This document shows positions 1 through 10,907 of a stretch of 64,000 nt of DNA, piece after piece (within the stretch, counting starts at the first letter, position 1; each line of letters starts with the position of its first letter). The DNA is taken from positions 1,364,001 through 1,428,000 of the forward strand of contig NW_027271055.1 of NCBI RefSeq assembly GCF_040938485.1, written 5' to 3'. Both the position numbers and the translations under genes were made by a program. Source of the DNA: Diadema antillarum. Lineage: Eukaryota. Under the pieces are notes generated by a model. That model did not search any database. It was not told the origin of the DNA and saw only the letters and a program-made list of their open reading frames with translations.

Positions 1-104
1 TACAGTGTATATGTAGTGAATACTGATAAGGAGGTTTATGATGGGTGATGCCGATTATGTGAATGTTCACTTAAAGAACTATGATTGATGATGGTTAATG
101 TGTT

Positions 105-106
<2 letters not shown>

Positions 107-155
<49 letters not shown>
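107..155. repeat. (TA)n microsatellite
   Basis: Uninterrupted tatata run of about 49 bp. Confidence 0.95.
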
Positions 156-157
<2 letters not shown>

Positions 158-1296
158 CAGAAGGAAAATTCAGACTTCTTGACAGACATTTTTGATGTGT
201 GACCCTGTTACAGGACAATAATCATACATAACACTCGCGGCAACATAATCGAGCAGTTTTAACCTAGATAGGCCCGACAAACAACAACAAAAAACAACAA
301 CAACAACAAGAAAAATGTGTCTGAATTCAATGATAAAAGAGAGAGCATAGCATGTTTCAATGTTCGTTGTGAGTTATGTAATACCAGCACATAATTGATT
401 TCTAGACTCTTTTTCTCAATTTCTTCCGTACCGGTACTATTGCTCACTAGCGATGCCAATGAACTCCGAAGTCTCAAGTCATTTTTGTCTTCTCTCAGCC
501 TTCTATACGTGATTTCTTTCCAGGCATTTATTATCAAATACACGTGTGTGTTTTGTCGTGTAAGATTGTCTCGAACATTCGAGAAGGAAAATAAGAATAT
601 GCTTAGGTGGGAAAGAGAGTTAGCACAGGATGTTTTTACGCCGACTGAACAATATCGCAGAGCGATAATCATTCTTATATGGTGAGATTTTTGGGTCGCT
701 ATTCTTCAGCGGATTCTGTCGCATGAATGCAGAATTCTTCATGCAAACTTAGAGTAAGGACCAGTGTGAACGATCAGCTTCCTACATCACAATCCCATAT
801 AATAAAATTCTGCTGGGGCATTCAACAACATTATGTTCTAGAAGACAAACAATACAAGTATAGACTGAAGTTAACGCGGTCTATACTTCGAAAAGATATA
901 ATGTTCTGTCGTTACTTACATCGTGCGCAATTACTTCAAAGCCACCCCTGGATATTATTAAATCCTTCACGCCCACGAGTAAGGTTATAATGTACAAACG
1001 AAATGACATTTTGAGACATGTAGGTCATGAAGGGATTAAGTATGATCAAGCTGCGTACAGCCTCTTGCGATCCTCAAGATTCCACCACGGTTAGCTTACT
1101 CACTATCCAAGGACACCAACGAAAAGGCGCCCATTATACAAGCGTGCACCCTTAACGCGAAAAACGCCACCTATGCAATATGCATACTGTCGTGCAAAGC
1201 TTCGCTAGACCGGCAAATTGATAGAGCGAGGGAGAGAGAGAGAGGGAGAGAGTGACAGACAGACAGACAAACAGACAGGGAGAGAAAAGACAAGGT

Positions 1297-1306
1297 GTGC
1301 GTGTGT

Positions 1307-1365
<59 letters not shown>
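1297..1365. repeat. (GT)n microsatellite
   Basis: About 34 GT units; source of the spurious HTHT/VCVC ORFs in the track. Confidence 0.95.
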
Positions 1366-1368
<3 letters not shown>

Positions 1369-1854
1369 AGAGACAGAATTGTAAGAACAAAGGTAGCTAT
1401 TCGCGATAGGAAGAGAGGTAGGGGGGGGGGGAGAAAAAAACTTCCTAATTTCATTTCAGAATTGAATAAATACCTCTCCGTGACGTCTTTTTGTTTGTTT
1501 TTTGTGTTTTTCAAGTAGTACGCTTGAGAAGTGTTAGCATGGCAACACGCAGATAAAGTACTTTCGTGTTTCTCGGCGCAAATCAATGACGTTACACAGC
1601 CCAGGTTATTTTTCTACAAACATGTCAAATAAATTCTTAATAAAGTAGAAAAGTATCTGGTAGATTATTGTTTTACAATGTAATGATGAGGAAGTTTTTG
1701 TTTTCCTTACTTTCCTCCTTTCTTTAGATCATACTAAACTTTTATGGGCATGAGACTCATGTTATAGGAGGACAACATTTTGAGTATCCGACTTCATTAC
1801 AAAATCGTACTGTTTAAGAATTTTCGTCAATGGAAATTGTCTTGTGTTCTAATA

Positions 1855-2252
1855 TCCCTGCTGGAAAGAACATATAATGTCCCACACAATATGTGAACAC
1901 AGTGTGAACTTGATTGTCATTGTGAACACAGTGTGAACTTGATTGTCATTGTGAACACAGTGTGAACTTGATTGTCAGTGTGAACACAGTGTGAACTTAA
2001 TTGTCATTGTGAACACAGTGTGAACTTGATTGTCATTGTGAACACAGTGTGAACTTGATTGTCATTGTGAACACAGTGTGAAATGTCTTCACACTGTTAG
2101 ATTCGAGCGTTTTAATAATGTGAACACAATGTGAGTCGTCAATTCACAGTGTAAAACAAAGCATTACTATGTGAACACTATGTGAAAACCATTCTACAGC
2201 GTGATTTCACATAGTCGACTTTATGAACACACTGTGATCTTTCCAATAGGAA
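1855..2252. mobile_element. Putative MITE with imperfect TIRs and TA flanks, containing a 29-bp minisatellite
   Basis: Left end TA|TCCCTGCTGGAAAGAACA; right end reverse complement TA|TTCCTATTGGAAAGATCA. The interior is rich in TGTGAACAC motifs. Confidence 0.5.
1892..2082. repeat. 29-bp tandem repeat, about 6.5 copies
   Basis: Unit tgtgaacacagtgtgaacttgattgtcat starts at 1892, 1921, 1950, 1979, 2008, 2037 and (partial) 2066. Confidence 0.95.
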
Positions 2253-4221
2253 TACTATTAAGTTCCTTGAATGATTCGAACCGAGAGAGGCATTTACAGC
2301 TACGTATGTGTGTCTTTGTTATTATATGGCATACTAGCATTCAACGATAATAATGCTGTTCAAGAGCTTTGTGTGACACACCCACAAGAAAGCACAACTC
2401 CATTAACATCAATTTCGTCCGTTCGACATTTACAGGACACTTTAAGACCATCATTCAAAAATGGTATGCTACCATGGAAACAAAGGAAGAAGATTTTGTG
2501 CTGCGATTTTCTCGCTTCTCTTCATTTGAAAGAAACGCTTCAACATTGTCGGTACAGTGAAAACACTATCAATGTCATTTTTCTTTGATGTGATTTTTCT
2601 TGTCGTACTCAATCTTCAACACACACATACACGCTCACACACACACACACACACACACAGTATATGACTTCTGACTAGTTTTCACTGCTACAGCATGATT
2701 TTGCTTCAGCTTTCTGATCTTTCCCTGAGATTAATATTCTTGTACTTGTCATTTAATGTCCCACTCTCTTGTCGCATAACGACTAGATATTCACATAGAC
2801 ATTATCTTGATACTTTTCAGAGCAAATAGACAAACTAATAAATTCAGCCGTATGCAGGCACTATATTTAATAACCATAAGTTTGAATAATATGATTGCAA
2901 TTTTACAAAAAAATACTATAGGCACCATTCTGATATCAGATAAAATTTTTGTTCGGCACAGCTATACATTTACGCACTATAATAATAGATGCACTCTTAC
3001 AGGCTCAATAGATGCACTATTACAGGCTCAATCTCCAGGCGTAAATAAGTAAATAAAAATGTAAATGTTCTAATACTGACTTTGGTTATCGTACTGATGT
3101 CTGGCTGCGCAAGTCTATCAATCTTACCCTGTTAATATGCTACTGAAGCGCATTTGACAGCGAAGACGCTCCGTTTGATTTTTTTTTTAATAAGCAAAAA
3201 TCATTACTTTAAATACTTTGCTAGTACTTTGTAAAATTTGCTATATTTTTCTTTACATTCAATATCATTGCACATGGTAATTTGGATATTTAATAATCTT
3301 TAACAATATCCATTAAAGGTGAATTTCGTTTGAAAAGGGATTAAAACTATTAAAAAAAACTGACTATACCGTGACACAATAGTTTTCCTTCTGTAAGTTG
3401 GAGATTATACGTTCTTATTGGAAGGTTATAAGTTACACTCTTTGGCGCTTCTAATCACGTTCGTGACATCCTCGCCAGTTATAATCGACTAAGATGATAT
3501 AATTATACAACTCGTGAGACAAAGAAGTTTTCATACATTTGCATATTTTACAAAGTCAAGACACTTTCCGATTCCCATCAGGGAGCAACATCTTTGCATT
3601 ATTGATCCCCTGTGGGGGAAATTTGAACATTGCTCAGATGTCTTTACCACGCTAAATTTTCGCGTCTTGTAATAAATGTTGAGGATAAAATTTGAATAAT
3701 TATGTCGTCTTTGTAAACAAAGGCTTCAATACGTTATCTGGTGAAGGGTTGATACACCGTCTGCTGCCGGTATAGTCCATGCGAAAAAGGGGGCGTGGAT
3801 GATTTGCCTGCATCATATTCTATTTCGCAATGATGCCATGTGATAATCTTACCTAACTTCTCTACAATTATTAACGGTTAATATTGATAGCCGCTAAGTT
3901 TTCACAGCTTAATGTAAATTTGTTGCATGGAATTTGTCCAAAATTCTACCCAGCTGCACTAAATAAGTCCAATACTTCGTTGTCAACTGCGATAAGATAA
4001 AACAGGATGCCATATAATATTGACATGCCCTTCTGTTATGACTAATACACATTCAACATAGGCTTTGCAGTTATACATACCGGAGGGCCGTTGCATAAAT
4101 TGGCAACATCTAATTAAAAATCGCGCATTGCAGTTACATCAATGTGTTTCAAAATGTCCACAATTTCTAACATATTTAACGATGTCCAGTAATTAATGAT
4201 AACAGTGTAATTGTCCATATC

Positions 4222-4448
4222 ACATCAGCGGTGGCTCGGTGACTCGGTGGCCTGGGACCACTAGATGTTGATGTTGGGCCACTAAATTTCCAAAGAAAAA
4301 AATCTTTTGGTTGCCCAATGGGCAATCAAGATTCAAAATGGATTGTGCCCGTATCTTCGGGCCCCTACATTTCTTTTTTTGGGTGTCCAAAATGTTAGAT
4401 TTTATGGTTTCAGTGGCCACCAGAGTTAAAAGTTAGTGTCGAGCCCTG
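4222..4448. mobile_element. MITE fragment, CAGGGCTCGACA family (left end eroded)
   Basis: Right end aaaagttagtgtcgagccctg and internal gggccac motifs match the intact copy at 22228-22391. Confidence 0.6.
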
Positions 4449-4796
4449 GAAAGTAATAATTTCTCAGAAAAAAGAAAAGTCTTTGATACGAGGCAAGATA
4501 AAGGGGAGGTGAGCATGGTTCTGGAATAAAAAATCGCTTTGACGTTTTGTAGGAATTAGATGACACGTTCCACATACACTACATTGCAAACCTTTTATGC
4601 TGCAGTACTGAATGATAAATTGCACTAGAAGTCACACAACAAACTTATGAGGTTAATCTTTGGTTCGTTAACTCCTTTGAGATGAATATCCATCTGAGGC
4701 ATTTTATCACTATTTCGGTACAAATTAGTTTGAGTATTGCATTTACTTTCCCGCTTTCAAAAGTGATTGAGGAAAAAGATTCGCTGACTTTTCTTC

Positions 4797-6623
4797 CTAT
4801 TTGAGTAAGAAGGGCGAAGGATTCACCCCATGTAAACTCTCCATGATCTTCTTAAAATCGGGGCTACATGGCACTGTGAGTGTCACCTCCGCCTGCTTAT
4901 AACTCGATACTTTGAGAATTGATTTATACGGCTTCTTGATGTCCATCGCGTCCTTTCCCTCAGTAACTGTTTGATGATTCTTCGCGACAGTCTCAGGTTG
5001 CTTAGCAACACCATCCTCCTCTTTACTGATTGTCTTGGAGTTGGTAATGCTTGGTAGTGTCATGACGGGTTTAGCTGTAAACTGAGGTACGGGACGTTTC
5101 TCCACTGAGAATGATTTGTCGGTCGTGGTACCTTTGGCAAGCTTCCGAACTGGTGAAAGTTGGATGGGAATTCCTGGAGCACTGTTTACCCTTTCCAGAA
5201 CATGCTGCCGTCGAAGCTTGGTGTGAAAGGCATTCTGGTACGGTCGGTTACCGGGGCTTGACGCTTTGACGAACATGGCAAACTCTTCGTCGATGTTCAG
5301 AATGCAAACAGGTCCGAAAGATACATGCTTGCAGTCACTTTTCTCCCCACTCTGATTAGAATCATCATTCTTATCATTACTTTGAGTGTCATTTGTTGCA
5401 TTAGACGACTTCGACTGTTGTATATCAACATTGGGTTTCCCCTTCTTCACATTAGGTAGAGGGCGCTTTGAATTGTACCCGGTGGCAGATAACCCAAATT
5501 GAAAATTCCTTTTGTCAGACATTCGTGGAAGATGCCGTCTCCGGAGCTCCATCTCTTTCTTCGTCTCTGATCGAAGCTTCCTTTCCCTTACCTTGACTAT
5601 GAGTGAAGACCTTGCTGTTGATATCCCAGATCCTTCTAACCCGTCTCCTCCTTTCGATTGACCATTCGCACCTCCCGATATTTGCATAGATGCGATCTCG
5701 CTCACGTCTGCCGTTTCTCGCAGGGTGTCCAACTGCGCAATTTCTCTCGACAGCCTGATCCGTTGTCTGTCCAAAGTGCGCCTGTCCATGACCTTGGCGT
5801 AGTGCTCGCCTTGTTGAACCACCTGTCTCAGCGGTGGCCGCTTGGACCCCGCCCTGGTCCCATTTCCTAGGCGGTATTCAGGATACTTGTCAGTCTTGAT
5901 GGGTGCGACGTTCTTGTACGCAATGTTTAGATTCATTTTCTGTGAATCCCGCCTCATCATTGTTTCAATGGTTCTATCCCTCCTCTCTCGTAAAACTTTC
6001 TTTGCCGTTCTGTCCGGGTTATTTTTGGATATCAACATGACGTTCCTTCGAGTTGGGCTCATCTCACTCCGTCTTGCTTCTCGCCCGCTAAACCTGGCGG
6101 GCGGAGTGCTACTGCCTCCTTTTGCTTTGGGTGTCGTTTGAGAGAACGATTCGTTTGGCGTACTCGCACTCTCCCTTGCTAAATCGTCAGTCGTTTGATA
6201 GTCTTTGGAAGTCTCTTTTTGTTCCCTTTCTTTCAGTGAATTTTGCGAAGCATTTTGCAATGTTTCTCCGTCTATAGCATTGCCTTTCTCTTCCTGCTGA
6301 TTTGGATCATCTGCCTCCCCTGTTTCCTTCCCACTGTCTGAACTAGGCGTGTTACCAAACAATAATTGATGATCTTCGTTTCCATTCCCGCTTCCCTGGT
6401 TCATGTCTCCCGACTCATCCCCGTCTTTCCCCCGACCCTGGTCATCAATCGAGTGACTCCCATTCGATGGCGGCCCCTCATTTTTCACACCCTCCATAGT
6501 GCGACAGGCGTGACAGCGTCTGGCTGGAGCGCGAGCGACTACCTTTATGTTCGCGTACTTGTCATACAGCTTCCGAATGATGCTGGAGCGATGGAGCGTG
6601 TTGCTAGGCGCTGACAAGCGCAT
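4797..6623 (-). CDS. Uncharacterised 608-aa protein, largely low-complexity and probably disordered; apparently single exon
   Basis: 1.8-kb stop-free frame with higher GC than its flanks. Acidic/Ser-rich N-terminal half, Arg/Lys-rich middle. No splice acceptor at the start. The true start could be the later MEGVK methionine. No family recognised. Confidence 0.6.
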   Translation of the reverse strand: MRLSAPSNTLHRSSIIRKLYDKYANIKVVARAPARRCHACRTMEGVKNEGPPSNGSHSIDDQGRGKDGDESGDMNQGSGNGNEDHQLLFGNTPSSDSGKETGEADDPNQQEEKGNAIDGETLQNASQNSLKEREQKETSKDYQTTDDLARESASTPNESFSQTTPKAKGGSSTPPARFSGREARRSEMSPTRRNVMLISKNNPDRTAKKVLRERRDRTIETMMRRDSQKMNLNIAYKNVAPIKTDKYPEYRLGNGTRAGSKRPPLRQVVQQGEHYAKVMDRRTLDRQRIRLSREIAQLDTLRETADVSEIASMQISGGANGQSKGGDGLEGSGISTARSSLIVKVRERKLRSETKKEMELRRRHLPRMSDKRNFQFGLSATGYNSKRPLPNVKKGKPNVDIQQSKSSNATNDTQSNDKNDDSNQSGEKSDCKHVSFGPVCILNIDEEFAMFVKASSPGNRPYQNAFHTKLRRQHVLERVNSAPGIPIQLSPVRKLAKGTTTDKSFSVEKRPVPQFTAKPVMTLPSITNSKTISKEEDGVAKQPETVAKNHQTVTEGKDAMDIKKPYKSILKVSSYKQAEVTLTVPCSPDFKKIMESLHGVNPSPFLLK

Positions 6624-6847
6624 CTTCTATCTTCGCCTTGTCAGACAGTGATTACCACCCAGAAGGTATCGCGATATATATACTCATACATTGTGCAATA
6701 TATTATACGATCTGCGGAAAGGCGGGCTCCTCGAAGCGAACACACAAACCGTCGCAAAGCGCCGTACGCTTCTCTCGCCATCACCGAGTTATTAACGGAT
6801 AAATGCATATTGACAGACAGGGATTCAACGAAGCTTTTTACCTCCCA

Positions 6848-7040
6848 CTTTTCCCCTTCTCTCCCTCTCTCCTCCTCCTCCTCTCTCTCCCCCTCTCTCT
6901 CTCCCTCTCTTTCTCGCTCAGTATATCCCATCTACTTTCTCTTTCTATCTCGTTTTCCCCCTTTTCTCTCTCTCTCTATACTGTTTTTCTTTCTCTCACC
7001 CTTTCCTTCTCTTTAATCTCTTCGTCATTTCTTTCTTTTC
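6848..7040. repeat. CT/GA-rich low-complexity tract upstream of the 608-aa ORF
   Basis: Polypyrimidine (ctctct, cctcct) tract 220-420 bp upstream of the ORF start on the minus strand. Confidence 0.85.
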
Positions 7041-10000
7041 TCACCGTCGCCTCGCTCGTCGGCTAGGTTTCTCATACCAATTAGTGTTCATAAGAATGAA
7101 AACAAAAGAGGAACATACGCCTTTCTTTAGCAAGTAGAAGGAACAGCCACGCTTTGAACAGTATAGGAGCACGTAGCGTCCAGCGATCGATTGTCGATGA
7201 ATTGTTTCACAGTAAAGAGTCCGTTAAACGAAACTGCGATCAGTCACGATTCATAAACACTGGATTATAGACGCTCCATGAAAAACAAAAACACCACTTT
7301 TTAAGGCTTATACTCAGATGCACACCAATGCATTTCTTCATTATTCCCCTTCTTTCCTCAACCTGCACATTTTTTTTTTTTGGTTCTTGTACTTCCCCCA
7401 AATTTACTATCATTATTTTGATGCTTGCTAAGGAAAAGGCGTATGCCCCCTTTGTATTTTCATTAACACTTATTGGTATGAGACGCCTATAGCCGTCGTG
7501 CAAGGCGTTGGTGAGAAAAATGATGAAGACATTAAGTAGCATGTGGAGGTCTATGAGTAGAGAGAGAGAGAGCAAGCGTGAAAAGCTGTGTGACTTTTTG
7601 GGGGTTTTATTGCATTGCACTGTGTTGTACACAAGCAGATTATATTTAATGATGCCCCATTCTGATGGACAGTCGGCGGACTTTGAGAATTAACGAGTCC
7701 ATGAGACCGGTTCATTACCCCAATAAACCTCATATTAATTCCGGCAAATCAAATAACAACGCATATCTCTAATGGGTAGAGTTCGTCCCCGAAATACGTT
7801 TCACCGAAAACATCCCCATTCACAGACAAGGAGCGAAGCGTAATAAATCATTTGCTATATAGGTAATCCCGTTACTCTCTTCGGCATCAAGAATTGCACA
7901 TTGTACAGAAATACAGGAAAATGAGATGCCCTCACTTAATAACATATTTTTAGTATTGATGAATAATCATTGGTATTTGTATTATCATTTTGATATCATC
8001 ATTTGATATCATCATGTTAATCTTGTTAGTAACGTTGTTGGCATCATTATTATCATGAAAAAGAAAATAAAGTGAACAAAAAAAGTTGTGCTGAACACAA
8101 TTAATAATAATCTATCGATTTTTATCTTCATCATTCACTAATAAATGTATTTGTCAAAGGAAAGGGTTTCCTTGCTTGTCAGGGTGAACAATATTTTATT
8201 GCATAAGCAAAAGAATATCCTGTTTCAGTACAAAAGGAGCATTATAGACATGTGAATTACACTAATAACCACTTACGACGGCACTAATTCACCAGTAAAG
8301 CAGGCATCGTGATATTAGCAACGAATCGTTCCACGATAGGTTCATCTCTCAACATAACTGAGTATATTCTATAGTTTGGGAAAATGTTGTGTCCATCACC
8401 GGTGTTTGATTATTCCGGCATTCAACTATCATCTCGAGCACTGCAAAAGAATCAATCTTTCTGCATGTTCATGCATTAATTCGCGTTTTGCTGACACTAA
8501 CTCAGAGTTAAAATGCCCACTCCCTCACATCGCGACGAAGGAAGAATTCCACAGCAGCTCTCCCATCGTCTGTTTGCTTTTCAGATATCGCGTGCCATTC
8601 GTCCTGGATATTAATGTAGACTTTATCACCAACCACGCCGACGCAGATCACATAGGATTCCACACGCTTACACTTTAAAGGAACCTACGCTTCATCGAAG
8701 GCACAGGAATCTTTATTCGCAGGTGGCATTTTACCCGAGAAATTTAGTGTTTGATTCGTTTGAATACATCAGCAAGGGAAACTGTGTTTTATGTTTAACA
8801 CTGTGTATTTGAGACGTAACAGAATAATCCCCAAAATGATAGTAAAATTATTGTACTAATACAACTCAAGATGTAGAATAAGGCGTTCAAAGATTGTGTA
8901 GAAAATAGAAGCAGTTTACGACTGTCACCAAAATTTGATTCGTCTACAAACGAAATGTCTTGTTAATAGATACCAAAATAATATAACATACCAAAACCTC
9001 TCTCGGTGATTTAAGGCATCCAAACCCGAAAGAAATTATTATTGGTAATTCAGGTATACTCTCCCAAATGGACCGTGAAAATCTTACTATTTCATTATTC
9101 TTTTATCAATTTCGATATTTTTGTAATTGATATCTTTATTCTCATTGCATGATACTAATTCATATCAGAATCATTAATAGTACATTATCGTCATCGTTAT
9201 CACTGTCATTATTGCGATGATGATGGAGATGGTGATGGTGATGACAGTATACATTCTTACCGTTGGTATTTCTTTAACGCTTTAGCAGCTGAAGATTCTG
9301 TGCATAATAGCCCATGGTTCACTGGGAAGGTACAACTAATGATGTAAAATAGGTCAATGCGTGTTTGTTTTTGTCTTTATAAGTCATGTATATTTGAAAG
9401 CCTATTAAGACTTTACCAAGAAAATGGTGTGTCAAAAAAACAATTCTGACATACTTTTGTTGACCTTTGACCTCTCCCAAATTACATGTAAAGTATGAAA
9501 TATTCTATAATATGAAAAAAATAATATAACATAAGACTGAGAAAAAACGGACGGGCCGTTTCTGGCGGTTTAGGGAGTAATAGGACGGGCGGTTTCGGGC
9601 GTAATGGGAGAATGGGAGAATGGCCTAATGATCATTAGCATTGCTCATGTTCTCGTTGCTATTGTTCTAATCATTACAAGTTTAGGGAAATTTACTCCGT
9701 TGCCTTCAAGGTATCTTAATTTCCCCATAGGAACATTACTTTGCACAACTGGTTCCCGAATATAATGCCTAAATTCAGCTTGAGTCGTTTGTCTTGTGCG
9801 TTCTGTCTCGATAAATTTAGAAAACATGGGGAAAAAAACAAGGCAGAATGTCAGATTATGATTTGCTCTGGCTTCTAATATCACCACTGTTACCATGGAT
9901 ACTGAAAGCAGGAATTCGCCACAGTACACTTAACTGAGACGAGATATTCTATTGACTGGAAATCGAGGGGAAGAAGGAGAAAACGGTGGAGAAAGAGAGT

Positions 10001-10907
10001 AACCCAGGCGGAAGAAAGAGAGTGGGGACTGGGACAATAGAGAAGCAAACGCTCTGCAGCTCAGGAGCTCTAAACGCGGACGTGTTTCTGACTTGATATT
10101 TGTGCAATTGAGCCTGGCGTGTGATTTCTTTTGTGCAATATACATCGATATGAGCAAACAGCCTACCATAGGCTGTGAAATGCTTGCAGAAATACGAGGA
10201 TTTTAATGTGATCAAACCTTATCGGCATACAGCTTGGAGAATAGAAACATGTGCGTAACGAAGAACGTCGAATCGCATTACACCTCCCTGATTATTATAG
10301 CAAGCGTTTCATTTTTCTCCCCTATAGCAGATATTTAACTCAATTTTGTGTGCTATGTGTCAGTTTGCTTGTTAGTGTGTGTTCAATGTATTGGGCCGAA
10401 TGCATAAAACAAGCAATTGCTTGTAAGCAATTGCTTTAAGCAAAAGCACAAGCTCGTCTAGCAAAAGGGCTAGCTCAAGCAATTGCTTAAATCCATATGC
10501 ATAACCTTTTGCTTATGCTTATACCTTTTGCTTGTCCGGCACAAGCAATTGCTTGCGTTTTCAACAAAAAGGACGTCACGCCTGTGCGAACACAAGAACA
10601 AAGGAGTGTGGCAGCATGTATTTGAAAGGGCATGTGTGTGCGGAAATTTTTTTTTTTAGATTCAGATTTATTCAACACTTTCAGTAAAAAACAAACAAAC
10701 AGGAGAATACAGAAAATTGACAACTAACACCATAATAACAAGAAAAGAATGATCACAATAAGCATCAGTATGAAAATACAATACATGTACATTTGAAAGT
10801 GTTCGGAGACAGACAGAATGAATACATTTCTTTATGAGTTAATACACACATACATACGCGCACACACACATACACACACTGACATATTTTACAAGAAAAA
10901 AAGTTTA

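Noticed and set aside
259-990. ORFs of 87-137 aa at the window start
   Set aside because: No recognisable motif, starts in low-complexity sequence, and no consistent splice structure.
1152-1586. ORFs with HTHTHT/VCVCVC runs (also near 18.0, 25.6-26.0 and 41.9-42.3 kb)
   Set aside because: Products of GT/CA/GA microsatellites.
8376-8678. Plus-strand ORF with NHADADHIG, resembling the metallo-beta-lactamase HxHxDH motif
   Set aside because: The second His is missing, spacing to the preceding Thr is wrong, and there is no other MBL motif. It is more likely an antisense shadow or chance.
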